Part shown: in pieces, positions 49,031 to 60,043 of the stretch | How positions within the stretch are numbered: position 1 is the stretch's first letter | Layout of the letters: the number at the start of each line of letters is the position of its first letter | Translations under genes and position numbers: made by a program | Notes under the pieces: model-generated | Database searches by the model: none | Seen by the model: the letters and a program-made list of their open reading frames with translations, nothing else | Told to the model about the DNA's origin: nothing | Source: a virus | Reading direction: 5' to 3' (one strand) | DNA: 64,000 nucleotides | IMG/VR virus record: IMGVR_UViG_3300030090_007212 | Coordinates: 74,503 to 138,502 of that record

Positions 49031-52000
49031 TTAAGTTGTTGTTATACTCCAATTATATGTAGAGTTAGTTAAAATATTAATTGCCCCTAATCCATCATAC
49101 CCACCAGAAGTATTATCTGGGGCATCATTATTACCATTAATAATTAAAGTAATATTATTCCATCTAGGGGAATTATTAATTGTAATTGTTTTTAAATCAT
49201 CTAATATATGATTAACTTCTGAGGCGCTCATATTATTATCTTCCAAATGTATAGTACTATATTTAGGTGGAGATGATGTTTCATGATTAAGTGTTGCCCC
49301 AGCTAATGGTGAAAAATCTATATACCCTAAATTACAATTATTCAGTTGGAAAGCGTGATTAGAAATTACTGAACTTGAATCCAAAAATATTTGGGTTGAG
49401 GTAGGAAATATTATATTAGTTAAATTAGGATTATGTTCTAATCTTATTTTAAACCTTAAATTAATAAGTCCTGAAATATCGTGAGTACCTGTTAAATCAT
49501 TATGATTTAAAGAATAATTATTTATTCTCCTACTAAAATTTCCATGAAGAACTTCTGTTAGTGAATTATTATACATTATATTAAAACCTTGATCCATTGT
49601 ATATGAACCACTTACTACAGAACTTTCCCATTTTGTGCCGTTAAAGTCTGTAGGTTCTGGACAACCAACATCTAACATAGTTAAATCTAATTCTTTTACT
49701 CCAGTATAACTACATTCATATTTACGAATATAGGTTGGGCTAGCACTATGAGTTACACTAGTTAAATTAATATTACCACTAATGTTTAAATAGCCCCAAA
49801 AATATTGATTGGTATGTGCATTTCCCACACCAATAGAATAATTAGATAAATCTAAATGTGGTTTTATATCACAATTACCTACATTAAAATTATAGATTAG
49901 ATTAGTGGTCGGGGGATGAGAAATGGTTGTTAAGTTAGGATTATGACTCACATCAAATATTCCACCCGCGTTAGTAAAAGTTGCACCTAAAGGGTCACCT
50001 ATCCCTAAAGAATCTAACATAGAAATATCTAATATATCCTGTAAATCACAATAACTTAAATTTATTCTTTCTATATCTTCTACCGAAGATGTAAATGAAA
50101 CCGATTTTAATTTAGTATTGTGGTTAGCAATTAAATATTTTAATCCACCGCAAGGTGTTAAATCTAAGTTTGGTTGTATATCAGCAGCATCTGCCGTGAT
50201 ATACATAGGATTAGTAGAAGTGGGTAGTGTTAAACCAGATAATTGAGTATTATATCTTACATCTAAACTTGTTAATCCACTAATATGTGATACGTCTAAT
50301 GTCCCCCAAGATTTTAAAGGTGTAGTAGGGGTATTATGTCCTGTTTTATAATGTGCAACAATAGTTAAAGGATATTTATGATTATCTTGTATGGTAATTC
50401 CTGAAAGATTTACATTATGACTTACATTTAAATAAGTCATTCCGGACATCATAGACACATCTAGGTTATTTTGTAAGTTACATTTAGCCGCATTGATGGA
50501 TATAGGGCGGTTATTACTTGGGAATTTAATATTCTGTAAGTTACCATAAAAATTAGTAAACCCACTATAATTGTGACTTACATTAAAATCACCACCTAAT
50601 CCTTTTAACATACTAACATCTAATTCACCTTCTAGCGCACAATAATAGGCATGGTATTTATTAAAATTTTTATCACTTTCTCCATGAGTAATTTTTCTTA
50701 AACCAATTTTTCTATAGTTTGGCCAAGGAGGTATATTATCATAGTAATCTCCTTTATTATATTCTACCCTAAAATCTCCACCTAGAGAAGTTAAACCAGT
50801 TAAAACAAGTTCATCAGATAAAGAAGACTGATACCCATGAAAATGAGTAAATAATTCTGAAGTATTAGTAAATGTTAAACCTGTAAGGTTGTAGCATCTC
50901 CACGCATACAATTGTCCCCCCAATTTAGGAAAATGAGACATATCGTGATTACCCTCAATCGCAGTATTAGAAATATTATAATAAGTTAATGGGAATGTAG
51001 AAGTGCATGCAGTATGAGTTAATTTTTTTAATTTACCAGAACTAGCAGCAGTGAAATAACCACATAAATTAGGTATCATCGTCATATCATGTTCTACTAA
51101 CTCATCACAACTATTAATCCAATAATTTCTTAAATATAAATTTGTATAAGTATGGGTAATACCTGTTAAATATTTACATGCATTTGCTTGAAATGATCCA
51201 TCATATGCCCCACTAAATAATTTATGTTCCGGTGTACCTAATCTTAACATACTTAAATCTAAAGACCTAACCCCTGTGTTCCCACACCAGTATGTATTAA
51301 TATTACTAGTGTTTGGGGAGTGAGTTATACCAGTTAATTCATAACTATATTTTATAGGCCACCCTTTACCCCCTTGATTTCTTACATCAAACATACCTGT
51401 ATGATTTCCATATAATGGAGAAGGAGTATAGTCATCTTCTACTGGATTACCAATATCAATACCTGAAAGATCTAAATTCCCTTTTAAATTACAATTAGGT
51501 AATAATACTATATTAAATCTATTATGGGAATTGGGAAATTTAATATTTTTTAAATAAGGATGGTTAGACATATCAAAGTAACCACCTAAACCAGATAACA
51601 TAGATACATCATGAACACCAGTAATACCGGAATACCCATAACCTTCAGGAATAGGATGTTCCCAATTAGTGGTGGAATATAACCCTGCCGATATGGAGTA
51701 AATATAAAATTTTTCATCTGAAGAACCGTGTTTAACCTTATTCAAAAAAGGATTATTAAATAATCTAAACCAACCCTGAGTAGTGTCCGTATATCCTGAA
51801 CCACCCCCTAATTTAACCCCTGTTAAATCTAGTTCACCTTTTAAACCTGTACCCCCCTTATCCCAATTATTTTCTATGTTTTTGATAGGGTGGGTACCTA
51901 TCTGAACATTACTTAATGTTCTATCATTTCTATAAGAAGACGTAAAAGTAATACCAGTTAAAAATTCTGTTCCCCCATCATATAATTCTAAACTTTCTAA

Positions 52001-52411
52001 TCCAGAAAATTTACTTAAATCTAAATGACCATAAGGATTTTGCCACCTCATGTTAATAAATTTTATATCATTTAATCTATTAGTCCTAATAGTAATATTG
52101 GTTGGTTCATTAATGGCAGGATAATAAGTAGGGGTTTCCATTGTTATACCCCATTTTAAATTACCACAATAACCACCAGTGGGGTTAGCGTATCGAGGAT
52201 CACTATTATTAAATGTATTAACTATTCCATAATCCCATGATATTCTTTTTTTTGGGTTTCCCCCATATGTACCTGGTTGACTAGGTAATTTCATATTACC
52301 CCCCTCAAATGCAATAACACCTGTCCATGTTTTTCCTGTCCATGTCAGTACTTTAAAAGACCAAGTTTCACCAACTTTATTATGTGATCTAAAAACGCCT
52401 ACTCTACTCAT
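49031..52411 (-). CDS. Leucine-rich-repeat (beta-solenoid) protein in the fibre cluster
   Basis: 1126 aa with many two-part repeats L.G.LD(L/V)S...L / F.VSHN..LT.I. Confidence 0.75.
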   Translation of the reverse strand: MSRVGVFRSHNKVGETWSFKVLTWTGKTWTGVIAFEGGNMKLPSQPGTYGGNPKKRISWDYGIVNTFNNSDPRYANPTGGYCGNLKWGITMETPTYYPAINEPTNITIRTNRLNDIKFINMRWQNPYGHLDLSKFSGLESLELYDGGTEFLTGITFTSSYRNDRTLSNVQIGTHPIKNIENNWDKGGTGLKGELDLTGVKLGGGSGYTDTTQGWFRLFNNPFLNKVKHGSSDEKFYIYSISAGLYSTTNWEHPIPEGYGYSGITGVHDVSMLSGLGGYFDMSNHPYLKNIKFPNSHNRFNIVLLPNCNLKGNLDLSGIDIGNPVEDDYTPSPLYGNHTGMFDVRNQGGKGWPIKYSYELTGITHSPNTSNINTYWCGNTGVRSLDLSMLRLGTPEHKLFSGAYDGSFQANACKYLTGITHTYTNLYLRNYWINSCDELVEHDMTMIPNLCGYFTAASSGKLKKLTHTACTSTFPLTYYNISNTAIEGNHDMSHFPKLGGQLYAWRCYNLTGLTFTNTSELFTHFHGYQSSLSDELVLTGLTSLGGDFRVEYNKGDYYDNIPPWPNYRKIGLRKITHGESDKNFNKYHAYYCALEGELDVSMLKGLGGDFNVSHNYSGFTNFYGNLQNIKFPSNNRPISINAAKCNLQNNLDVSMMSGMTYLNVSHNVNLSGITIQDNHKYPLTIVAHYKTGHNTPTTPLKSWGTLDVSHISGLTSLDVRYNTQLSGLTLPTSTNPMYITADAADIQPNLDLTPCGGLKYLIANHNTKLKSVSFTSSVEDIERINLSYCDLQDILDISMLDSLGIGDPLGATFTNAGGIFDVSHNPNLTTISHPPTTNLIYNFNVGNCDIKPHLDLSNYSIGVGNAHTNQYFWGYLNISGNINLTSVTHSASPTYIRKYECSYTGVKELDLTMLDVGCPEPTDFNGTKWESSVVSGSYTMDQGFNIMYNNSLTEVLHGNFSRRINNYSLNHNDLTGTHDISGLINLRFKIRLEHNPNLTNIIFPTSTQIFLDSSSVISNHAFQLNNCNLGYIDFSPLAGATLNHETSSPPKYSTIHLEDNNMSASEVNHILDDLKTITINNSPRWNNITLIINGNNDAPDNTSGGYDGLGAINILTNSTYNWSITTT

Positions 52412-52421
52412 AATCGTTGGT

Positions 52422-55400
52422 TTATGTATAATCGTTACCTACTGTCCAATAAAGATTTTTTCCATTATATGTAAAAGATATTATATCTATAGCATTAGGG
52501 TTAGTGGTTAATACTAATTCTCCTCCGCCACCATTTACTACTTTGTGTGACCCTGCATTTCCATTAACTGTCCCTAAAGTTAATGTACGACTTCCGATAT
52601 TATCTTGAGTTATTATCATAGTACCGTATTGTCCACTTTTTAATCCTTCTAAATTAAGAATTGCATCATCATCTAAAGTTACCTCAAATTGGGTACTAAT
52701 ACTGGTATCCCATTCAATAACTCCCACAGCATTAACGGTAGTTGCACAATATTTATCTGCCTCTGCACTTATAGTTACATCTACACTATCATTTGTTTGA
52801 TTATCTTCTATATGTAAAGAGATATTTGGTCCTTCAATTAAATTTAAATTATGACGAACCTCAGTATTAATGGTTATTCCATTATTAGTTATACCGGTAA
52901 ATCCATCTGTACCACCTCCTACTATAGTAGATTGAGTTGATCCGGTACTATTACCATTACTTAAGCCGCCTGTAATTATTACGGTATATGTACCACTTAC
53001 CGAAACAGTAACATAAATTTCGTTATTATTATACTTATCTACTAAATGTGGGATAATTAATTCATTTGTTCCATTATCTTTGACTTGAACCATTACATCC
53101 TCATCATTAAGATTATGGGTTATTAATTTAGGTGTATTTCCTATAAAAGTATCAGTTATTACTTTTTTACCGATACCACTTCCACCACCACCATCTATAT
53201 TAAGGATATTATGATTAAGTTGTTTAATACCTTCAATCATAAAAGGAATTAAATCTTCATAATTCATTTTATCTACATGTTCAGGTTGTGAATTTGTACC
53301 AAACATAAATTTACGTTTAGTTCTTCTCACCATAGATTTCGCTGTATCATTAACTTGTTGTTGTTTTAATGAATGGGTTTGTCCTGCGCTAATTAAATTA
53401 TCCCTAAAATCATCTACTTTAAATCCATAATGGAATTTAGTAGGATCACCAATTCTACTTTCTGGTCTCCATTGGAATTGGTAACCTTTTACGTTATTAA
53501 GGAATTCTAAAGGATCTACTACTAGGTGTAGATCTGTTATATTTCTTTTAACTCTACTATCAGAAGGTATGTCAATAACTCTACCATCTACATCTGTACC
53601 TAAATTTGCACCGGAAACATCTGGGATATCTTCTATGATAATAGTTTTACTATTTCCTGATTTAATTACTACATTACCATCTTCGGTTTCTAAATCCCCT
53701 TCCCTAACTACTGTTCTAACCTTTTCAACATCTAATATATCGTCACCTTCTACTTTTATTTTTACTTTACCTCCTGCTTCATCTTCCCCAATAATTAATT
53801 CTTTTTGGGACTCAATATATCTAATAAAACTTTCTTCACCTAAATACATTCCTGGCTCATTAGGTGTTGTAATATCTACCGTCACTAAAGGTGCACCACC
53901 CATTTGTTCCCCAAAGAAAATATTTCCTTGATTTTGGGTGTTAATGTGTAAAGGAGAACAAGATTCTACATTAGTAACCCATAATTCAGTTATGCAATCT
54001 CCTGATGTATTACCGTTAGTTACATTAGGGTCAGACCATGTAAACCCATCTACTACATTACCATCTGCGTCTACACTTAAATTATTTTGTGGTGTTCCAT
54101 CACTTAATTCATTTATGTTTAATAATGGTGTATATACTGTATTGGTAGTAGAAGCGGTTAAACCGTTACCACCCAATACTACTGCATTTTCTACACCACC
54201 AGCAATTTTAGAATTTAACCCCCCTATGATAACACCATTTAATATACCACTTTCATTAATAGTATGTAATGTCCCCCCTAAAATTGCTGAACGTTGTACT
54301 CTACCACTAATTTCATTAGAGAAACCATTAATTATGGTATTATTATTAAACCCGTTTAATGTTGCTATTTCATTTTGTCTACCACCTATAATAATATTAT
54401 TATCACTGGTATCACTTGCAGCTGCACCTGTTATGGTATTTTCCTTACCACCAACAATTACTGAATTATCACTTCCATTAACATTACCATCAATAGAGTT
54501 ACTAGTACCCCCCACAATTACACTACTCAATACTCTACTATTAGTCATCTGATTGTATTGACCACCAATAATACTATTATATGAGCTGGTAGTTAATCCC
54601 GTAAGAGTATTGTGAAAACCACCAACTATAGCGTTATAATTAGTAGCGGCAGTTCCCTCTATTTCATTAAACGCACCAGCAAAAATTCCTGAATTACCAA
54701 CAGAATCTATATTATTATAAACACCACCTACTATTGCACAATAGATACCATCACTACCAATTTGTTGATCCAAACCACCTAAAATTGCAGAAGAAGACCC
54801 TAATACCCCCATAGATGAGGCGACTTCACCTAATGTGAAATGTGCGAAAGATCCTGAACCAGTTGCTAAAACTTTAATAGTGTCATTCACCCCTAATCCA
54901 CCAGCATAGGATCCTTGCCCACCAGCCACAGTATAACTACCTTGTGCGTGAGCAGTATCTCCACTAGCAATAGTTTCCTTACCAAACGCTTGTGAATGAT
55001 CACCACTAGCTATCGTCCCATCTCCATATGCTAATGAATGGGTACCACTAGCTGTAGATCCATCCGATTGAATACTACTACCTATTGTTACTGGAGAACA
55101 ACCTGATATAGTATGTACCCATAATTCAGTGATACATGTTGCAGATGTATTACCGGTAAATGAACTACTACCCAGTTGGTCAGCATTAATATATTTTACT
55201 TCGGCAGCATCATTATCATATATAAGTAATTTATCATTTGCACCATCTACTGTTATGCCGGTTCCATTAGTTGCTGCCATTATAACGGAATCAAGACCAG
55301 AATAATCTACTGCAATTAATACTCTATCCGTAGCGGCTACCCCTACATCTATACCTGTAGAACCCTCAAAAGTAAGTGTATCCCCAGAAGTTATAGTAAA

Positions 55401-58400
55401 AGGGGTTCCATTGTCCCCATCCACAGTAAATGACATTGCACCTGCACCACCTGTGGGAGGTTCCCATCTAGCATTACCACTGGCATCGGAAGTTAATACA
55501 TATCCATTAGTTGCCCCACTTGTCATGGTGAAATTTTCCGTAGTGGTTCGTTTCTTTACATCTACATTACCAAAATTATCTACTACAAATATATTACTAG
55601 TGTATGCTGTCCAAGGTGCCCCAGTATTTTCAAAACCATCAATTCTTAACATATTATCACTAAAAGTTGGCCATAAATTTCCAGATACTGGATGCGAACT
55701 AGGGCTTATATGAACTTTACCATCTTCACCATCATAAAAACTGTTACCTACTTTAAGCATTCCATATTCCCATGTAGGGGCAAAACGAAATCTTGAATCT
55801 GAACCTACAGTCCCTATATTGTTAGTATCGCTAGATGCTAAGGAAAGAACATTTAAAGTAGCCCCACTACCTGATTGTGATCCATATACTGTTAATGCTC
55901 CAGCCCCGGTAATGGGTGACCCATTATAATAACCACTATTAATAGTGACCGTACCGTCACTTGTTGTACCATTACCATTTTTTGCAATTAATATATTTTT
56001 ATTTGTACTATTTACTACTCTTAATGAGATATTATTAGGATCGTCAAAACCTGTGGTAGTACTACTATCCCCTTTAATAAATAAAGAAGATTCACCACTC
56101 ATTGCAATATCATGTGGGTCAACTCCTATTGCTAACGCACCTTCATCATTTGCCCCCATTACTACATTCCCTGCACTATCTTCTAATAAAAATATATTAT
56201 CTTCTATAGGTGGGGTTATACCTTTAATATGTAAATTAGCTTGAGGATCAGAAGTACCAATACCTAATTTAGCCTCTCTTGTAAGAGTCATTACTGTATC
56301 CGAACCAAATGTGGTTCCAGTTGCCCATTTAAATTTTTCATCATCTCCACCATGTGCACCTACAATCCATCTGTCACCACTACCATCTTCATAGTCAATA
56401 TAAGAATTGGTTCCATTTGAAGAACTTAGTGTTAAAAATGCGTTATTGGTGGAAGATTCTATTTTAACTTCTACTTGGTTAGTGGAAACTACATGAAGAG
56501 GGAAATCTGGGTCATCTGTCCCAATACCTATACGGGAATTACTAACATCTATTGTTACCCCACTTGTACTACCATAATATACGTTACCTTCATCTCCCGG
56601 ATTTATATTTAATGGGGAACATGAATGAATATTACTTACCCATAAATCACTTATACAATCTCCTGATGTATTACCCGTAAATGAACCACCACCTGTGGAA
56701 GGTTGCCAACTACCAACACCATTGGCGTTAGAAGTTAATACATACCCATTTTGTTCTGTACCATCAACAATTTTTATACTACCTTCTATATGTAATTTTT
56801 CAGTAGGGGAATTAGTGTTAATACCCACATTACCTTGAGTGGCACCTGTACCTAATATAATCATAGATGGGGTACTAGTGGCGTTGGTACCCGCAAAAAA
56901 TCTAATATAATCTTCGGTACCTGTACCATTAGAAGAAATAATGTTTAATCCATTTTGTGCCGCACTAGAATATAAAAACCCATCTCCTTGTTTACCATAT
57001 CCTGGATATGTAATTTCTGTTTCACCTCTACTACCAATACTTATTGCTTTAGCGGTAGGGGTTATAACTCTAAACTCTACCAATTCTGCGGTATTACCAC
57101 TTACATTTACTGTTGGTCCACTACTATTATCTAAATTAGTAAAAAATAAACCTTCTTTATCAACAATTAATTCTCCACTTATTGTGGTTTCTCCATCAGG
57201 TAAAATTTCAATTCTTTTAAATAATGTTTCTCCAGATGCGTTCCATATTTCTAAACTTGTACTTTTTTCTCCGGTATCCCATGAAGGTAAACGTTTAGAT
57301 GTAATTAAACCTCCAGGATCTTCTCCTGTTCCATGATCAAATCTAAATGCAGCACTATTAGGGTTAGTACTACCACTATAACCATTACTTGTATTATTAA
57401 TAACAATATTGGTTTCATCAGGATATTTAGTTTGATTTGCCACGGATCCTGCTTTAGCAATTTGAAACGTTCCATCAGGTACTGTAGTACCAACACCTAC
57501 CCTAGCACTTGAAGAACTAGTGTAAAAAGTCATAAGATTTGTACTACTACTACCTTTAATATGAACTGGGTTAGAAGTGCTGGCAAAATCAGTTTCAAAA
57601 AAGAAACGTCTAGTTCCTGTTTCTGTAAATGCTAGTGGTATCTGATCATTAATACTATCATTGTGTACTTCTATACCTGTACCATCATTAGTTGCCCAAC
57701 TAAAAGGTGTGTTAGTACCAATACCGATTTGTCCTTTAGAATTTATATATAAAGATGGTGAAGTAGTACTACCAGTAGAATCAAAATAAATATCTTGACC
57801 TGGTTGTACACCTATATGTAAATCTTGTCCTGTACATCCACTTATATTACTTACCCATAATTGATTTATACAGTCACCTGATGTATTTCCACTAAATACT
57901 AGAGAAGATAAATCAACACTTATTAAAGGTTTGGATTGGTTTCTACCTATTTCTAAAATATCACCATTTAGGGTGGCACCAGTTACAAAGGTATCTGCAC
58001 TAATAGTTAAAAACCCACACACATCAAATGTTGTCGCACTATTAGTTTCAAAGGTAACACATCCTGTATCAGGATTATATGTTCCTCCTGTTACTGATAA
58101 ATCACTAAAAAGATATTCTCCACCAACTACATTAAATGTACCACCACTAGAGTTATAAAAAGTTAAGGTTTGTGTGGCAGGAAAGGCAGTACCACCAGTT
58201 ATAGGTGCACCTCCACCTCCTGAGAAAAATATTTCTTCCCAGTCAGTTAAATCATAATCCCATGGATTTTTATCTTTAAGTTTAAAATATCTACTTCCAC
58301 TATCTATCCCCACAATCATACCAGCTCTACGACGCAATTCGGTTATCGTAGTACCAGATAATACTTCTATTGTATCTCCCGAATAATTTCTTAGACCATC

Positions 58401-58502
58401 AATACCTAATGTGGTATCGATTACTGCGTATGAATCAGTGGTATCCCCTGGGGATATAAATCCTGCTATTTTAACTCCACCTAATGGTCCGTAATCTGCC
58501 AT
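52422..58502 (-). CDS. Long tail fibre with internal peptidase S74 intramolecular chaperone
   Basis: 2026 aa. VGIGT repeats, YadA-like ASG.HS.A.G repeats, IIGG..N.I repeats, SDSRVKRNI...YEDLIPFMIEGIKQL. Confidence 0.85.
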   Translation of the reverse strand: MADYGPLGGVKIAGFISPGDTTDSYAVIDTTLGIDGLRNYSGDTIEVLSGTTITELRRRAGMIVGIDSGSRYFKLKDKNPWDYDLTDWEEIFFSGGGGAPITGGTAFPATQTLTFYNSSGGTFNVVGGEYLFSDLSVTGGTYNPDTGCVTFETNSATTFDVCGFLTISADTFVTGATLNGDILEIGRNQSKPLISVDLSSLVFSGNTSGDCINQLWVSNISGCTGQDLHIGVQPGQDIYFDSTGSTTSPSLYINSKGQIGIGTNTPFSWATNDGTGIEVHNDSINDQIPLAFTETGTRRFFFETDFASTSNPVHIKGSSSTNLMTFYTSSSSARVGVGTTVPDGTFQIAKAGSVANQTKYPDETNIVINNTSNGYSGSTNPNSAAFRFDHGTGEDPGGLITSKRLPSWDTGEKSTSLEIWNASGETLFKRIEILPDGETTISGELIVDKEGLFFTNLDNSSGPTVNVSGNTAELVEFRVITPTAKAISIGSRGETEITYPGYGKQGDGFLYSSAAQNGLNIISSNGTGTEDYIRFFAGTNATSTPSMIILGTGATQGNVGINTNSPTEKLHIEGSIKIVDGTEQNGYVLTSNANGVGSWQPSTGGGSFTGNTSGDCISDLWVSNIHSCSPLNINPGDEGNVYYGSTSGVTIDVSNSRIGIGTDDPDFPLHVVSTNQVEVKIESSTNNAFLTLSSSNGTNSYIDYEDGSGDRWIVGAHGGDDEKFKWATGTTFGSDTVMTLTREAKLGIGTSDPQANLHIKGITPPIEDNIFLLEDSAGNVVMGANDEGALAIGVDPHDIAMSGESSLFIKGDSSTTTGFDDPNNISLRVVNSTNKNILIAKNGNGTTSDGTVTINSGYYNGSPITGAGALTVYGSQSGSGATLNVLSLASSDTNNIGTVGSDSRFRFAPTWEYGMLKVGNSFYDGEDGKVHISPSSHPVSGNLWPTFSDNMLRIDGFENTGAPWTAYTSNIFVVDNFGNVDVKKRTTTENFTMTSGATNGYVLTSDASGNARWEPPTGGAGAMSFTVDGDNGTPFTITSGDTLTFEGSTGIDVGVAATDRVLIAVDYSGLDSVIMAATNGTGITVDGANDKLLIYDNDAAEVKYINADQLGSSSFTGNTSATCITELWVHTISGCSPVTIGSSIQSDGSTASGTHSLAYGDGTIASGDHSQAFGKETIASGDTAHAQGSYTVAGGQGSYAGGLGVNDTIKVLATGSGSFAHFTLGEVASSMGVLGSSSAILGGLDQQIGSDGIYCAIVGGVYNNIDSVGNSGIFAGAFNEIEGTAATNYNAIVGGFHNTLTGLTTSSYNSIIGGQYNQMTNSRVLSSVIVGGTSNSIDGNVNGSDNSVIVGGKENTITGAAASDTSDNNIIIGGRQNEIATLNGFNNNTIINGFSNEISGRVQRSAILGGTLHTINESGILNGVIIGGLNSKIAGGVENAVVLGGNGLTASTTNTVYTPLLNINELSDGTPQNNLSVDADGNVVDGFTWSDPNVTNGNTSGDCITELWVTNVESCSPLHINTQNQGNIFFGEQMGGAPLVTVDITTPNEPGMYLGEESFIRYIESQKELIIGEDEAGGKVKIKVEGDDILDVEKVRTVVREGDLETEDGNVVIKSGNSKTIIIEDIPDVSGANLGTDVDGRVIDIPSDSRVKRNITDLHLVVDPLEFLNNVKGYQFQWRPESRIGDPTKFHYGFKVDDFRDNLISAGQTHSLKQQQVNDTAKSMVRRTKRKFMFGTNSQPEHVDKMNYEDLIPFMIEGIKQLNHNILNIDGGGGSGIGKKVITDTFIGNTPKLITHNLNDEDVMVQVKDNGTNELIIPHLVDKYNNNEIYVTVSVSGTYTVIITGGLSNGNSTGSTQSTIVGGGTDGFTGITNNGITINTEVRHNLNLIEGPNISLHIEDNQTNDSVDVTISAEADKYCATTVNAVGVIEWDTSISTQFEVTLDDDAILNLEGLKSGQYGTMIITQDNIGSRTLTLGTVNGNAGSHKVVNGGGGELVLTTNPNAIDIISFTYNGKNLYWTVGNDYT

Positions 58503-58531
58503 ATTATATATTTATTTTCTTTTTCATTTTA

Positions 58532-60043
58532 TTAACTACATAACCAAGTCGTAAAGGATGCACTCGTTTGCACCACAGAACGATAAATTTTATAATTTAC
58601 TGCAACCCCATAGTCGTTAGTTATAGGTATGTCCGCTAAGGTGGTATAAGGAATATTTGTTCCAAAACATCCTGCTACGGAATCTCTTATATCAGTAGGT
58701 TGAGAGAGTATGTCTGGTATACACCAATACATATATTCCGCCCCACCACTTGCAGGTTGGGTAACATACCCATTTACTACGTTAGTAACTAGATCACTTC
58801 CAGTTAGTCCACTCATTTGTGCACCTGTAATAGATGCATTTACATTTTTACCATAATACCACATTACTTTCCATGTTCTTGATATAGATGTGCTTATTGA
58901 ATCCCCTAAAGTATTTAAAGCATAAATATTATATAAAGTTTTAGAACCTAAAGTATTTTGAGACATTGCATTAATAAGAATAATGGCTTCTGTACCATCA
59001 TTAGTTAATGAATCCGCAATATCTGTCACAGGATCCGCTTCTACTATTTTTATACTATTAGGTATCCCATCATCTACATTTGTACCATTAGAAATACCCC
59101 AAGTAAAAGTTTGTGCCCCAACACTAATTGCTTCCCCTAACTCATATTCAGAGGATAATCCAGTACGAGCAAATGAAGTAAACGCAGGATACTGATAAGG
59201 ATATAATAATAGATCCCACATTTGTTGCATTGTATAACCAGGTGATGGAAAACTACTACCTGCCACAATACCACCTATAGTTGTAGGTGTCGCCGCACTA
59301 TTAACATATAACGTAGTAAGTCCACTCGTAACCGCCGAAGTAGGCGCCCATACTGCATTTCCTTCAGCATCATCTTGTAATAGAACATAACCAATAGTAC
59401 TTGCAGACGCTCCTCCAGTTACCTGTAGTTTTTTAGTGGTTAATTTATTATCAATCGTAGCATCTTCTCTACTTTGTAGATAATCTAAAGGACCTTTATA
59501 ATCTAAAGTTCCTGCAGAATACATTATTTCTTGAGCTGTAGTAAAACCAGTAAATAATGAAGATCCTGTAAATGAAGTGTCTTCTATATTAAAAAATGAA
59601 TATTGTATACTATATCCCGTATATGAAGTACCAATTATATGATCCCCTGTCATACCCGTCTGAGTCAATGTCCAAAATGGTCCGACTGTTTGAGTTTGAG
59701 CACTTAAAATAGTAATTGGTAAATTTAAACTAGATGTATTACCTGAAAACAAAGGATTCGTCCAAGTACTACCACTATAAGGGTTAAAAATTGGATTATA
59801 ATTAGTAGAAGCGCTATTGGATACATCAAATACTGTAGTGCCTGTATTCCCACTAAAAACCGCATCTTCTTGTGATATAACCCCTAAATTTATAACGGTA
59901 GATAAGTCTACACCTGTGGGATAACCACTAAAAGGAATTCCTGCAGCAATTTTACCATCAAAGCACGCAGTATTACCACTAATGATTTTCGCTTGTCTGG
60001 CTAAGTCTAATAATGTGGTATATTTGTTTTCGCATCTTGGCAT
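58532..60043 (-). CDS. Ser/Thr/Gly-rich virion structural protein
   Basis: 503 aa; GYVLLQDDAEGNAVW unit shared with the fibres; first gene after a promoter motif. Confidence 0.7.
   Translation of the reverse strand: MPRCENKYTTLLDLARQAKIISGNTACFDGKIAAGIPFSGYPTGVDLSTVINLGVISQEDAVFSGNTGTTVFDVSNSASTNYNPIFNPYSGSTWTNPLFSGNTSSLNLPITILSAQTQTVGPFWTLTQTGMTGDHIIGTSYTGYSIQYSFFNIEDTSFTGSSLFTGFTTAQEIMYSAGTLDYKGPLDYLQSREDATIDNKLTTKKLQVTGGASASTIGYVLLQDDAEGNAVWAPTSAVTSGLTTLYVNSAATPTTIGGIVAGSSFPSPGYTMQQMWDLLLYPYQYPAFTSFARTGLSSEYELGEAISVGAQTFTWGISNGTNVDDGIPNSIKIVEADPVTDIADSLTNDGTEAIILINAMSQNTLGSKTLYNIYALNTLGDSISTSISRTWKVMWYYGKNVNASITGAQMSGLTGSDLVTNVVNGYVTQPASGGAEYMYWCIPDILSQPTDIRDSVAGCFGTNIPYTTLADIPITNDYGVAVNYKIYRSVVQTSASFTTWLCS

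Noticed and set aside
53569-58158. Plus-strand ORFs of 60-204 aa opposite the large fibre gene, and similar antisense ORFs elsewhere
   Set aside because: Antisense shadows of strongly biased coding sequence, with no motifs or expression signals.
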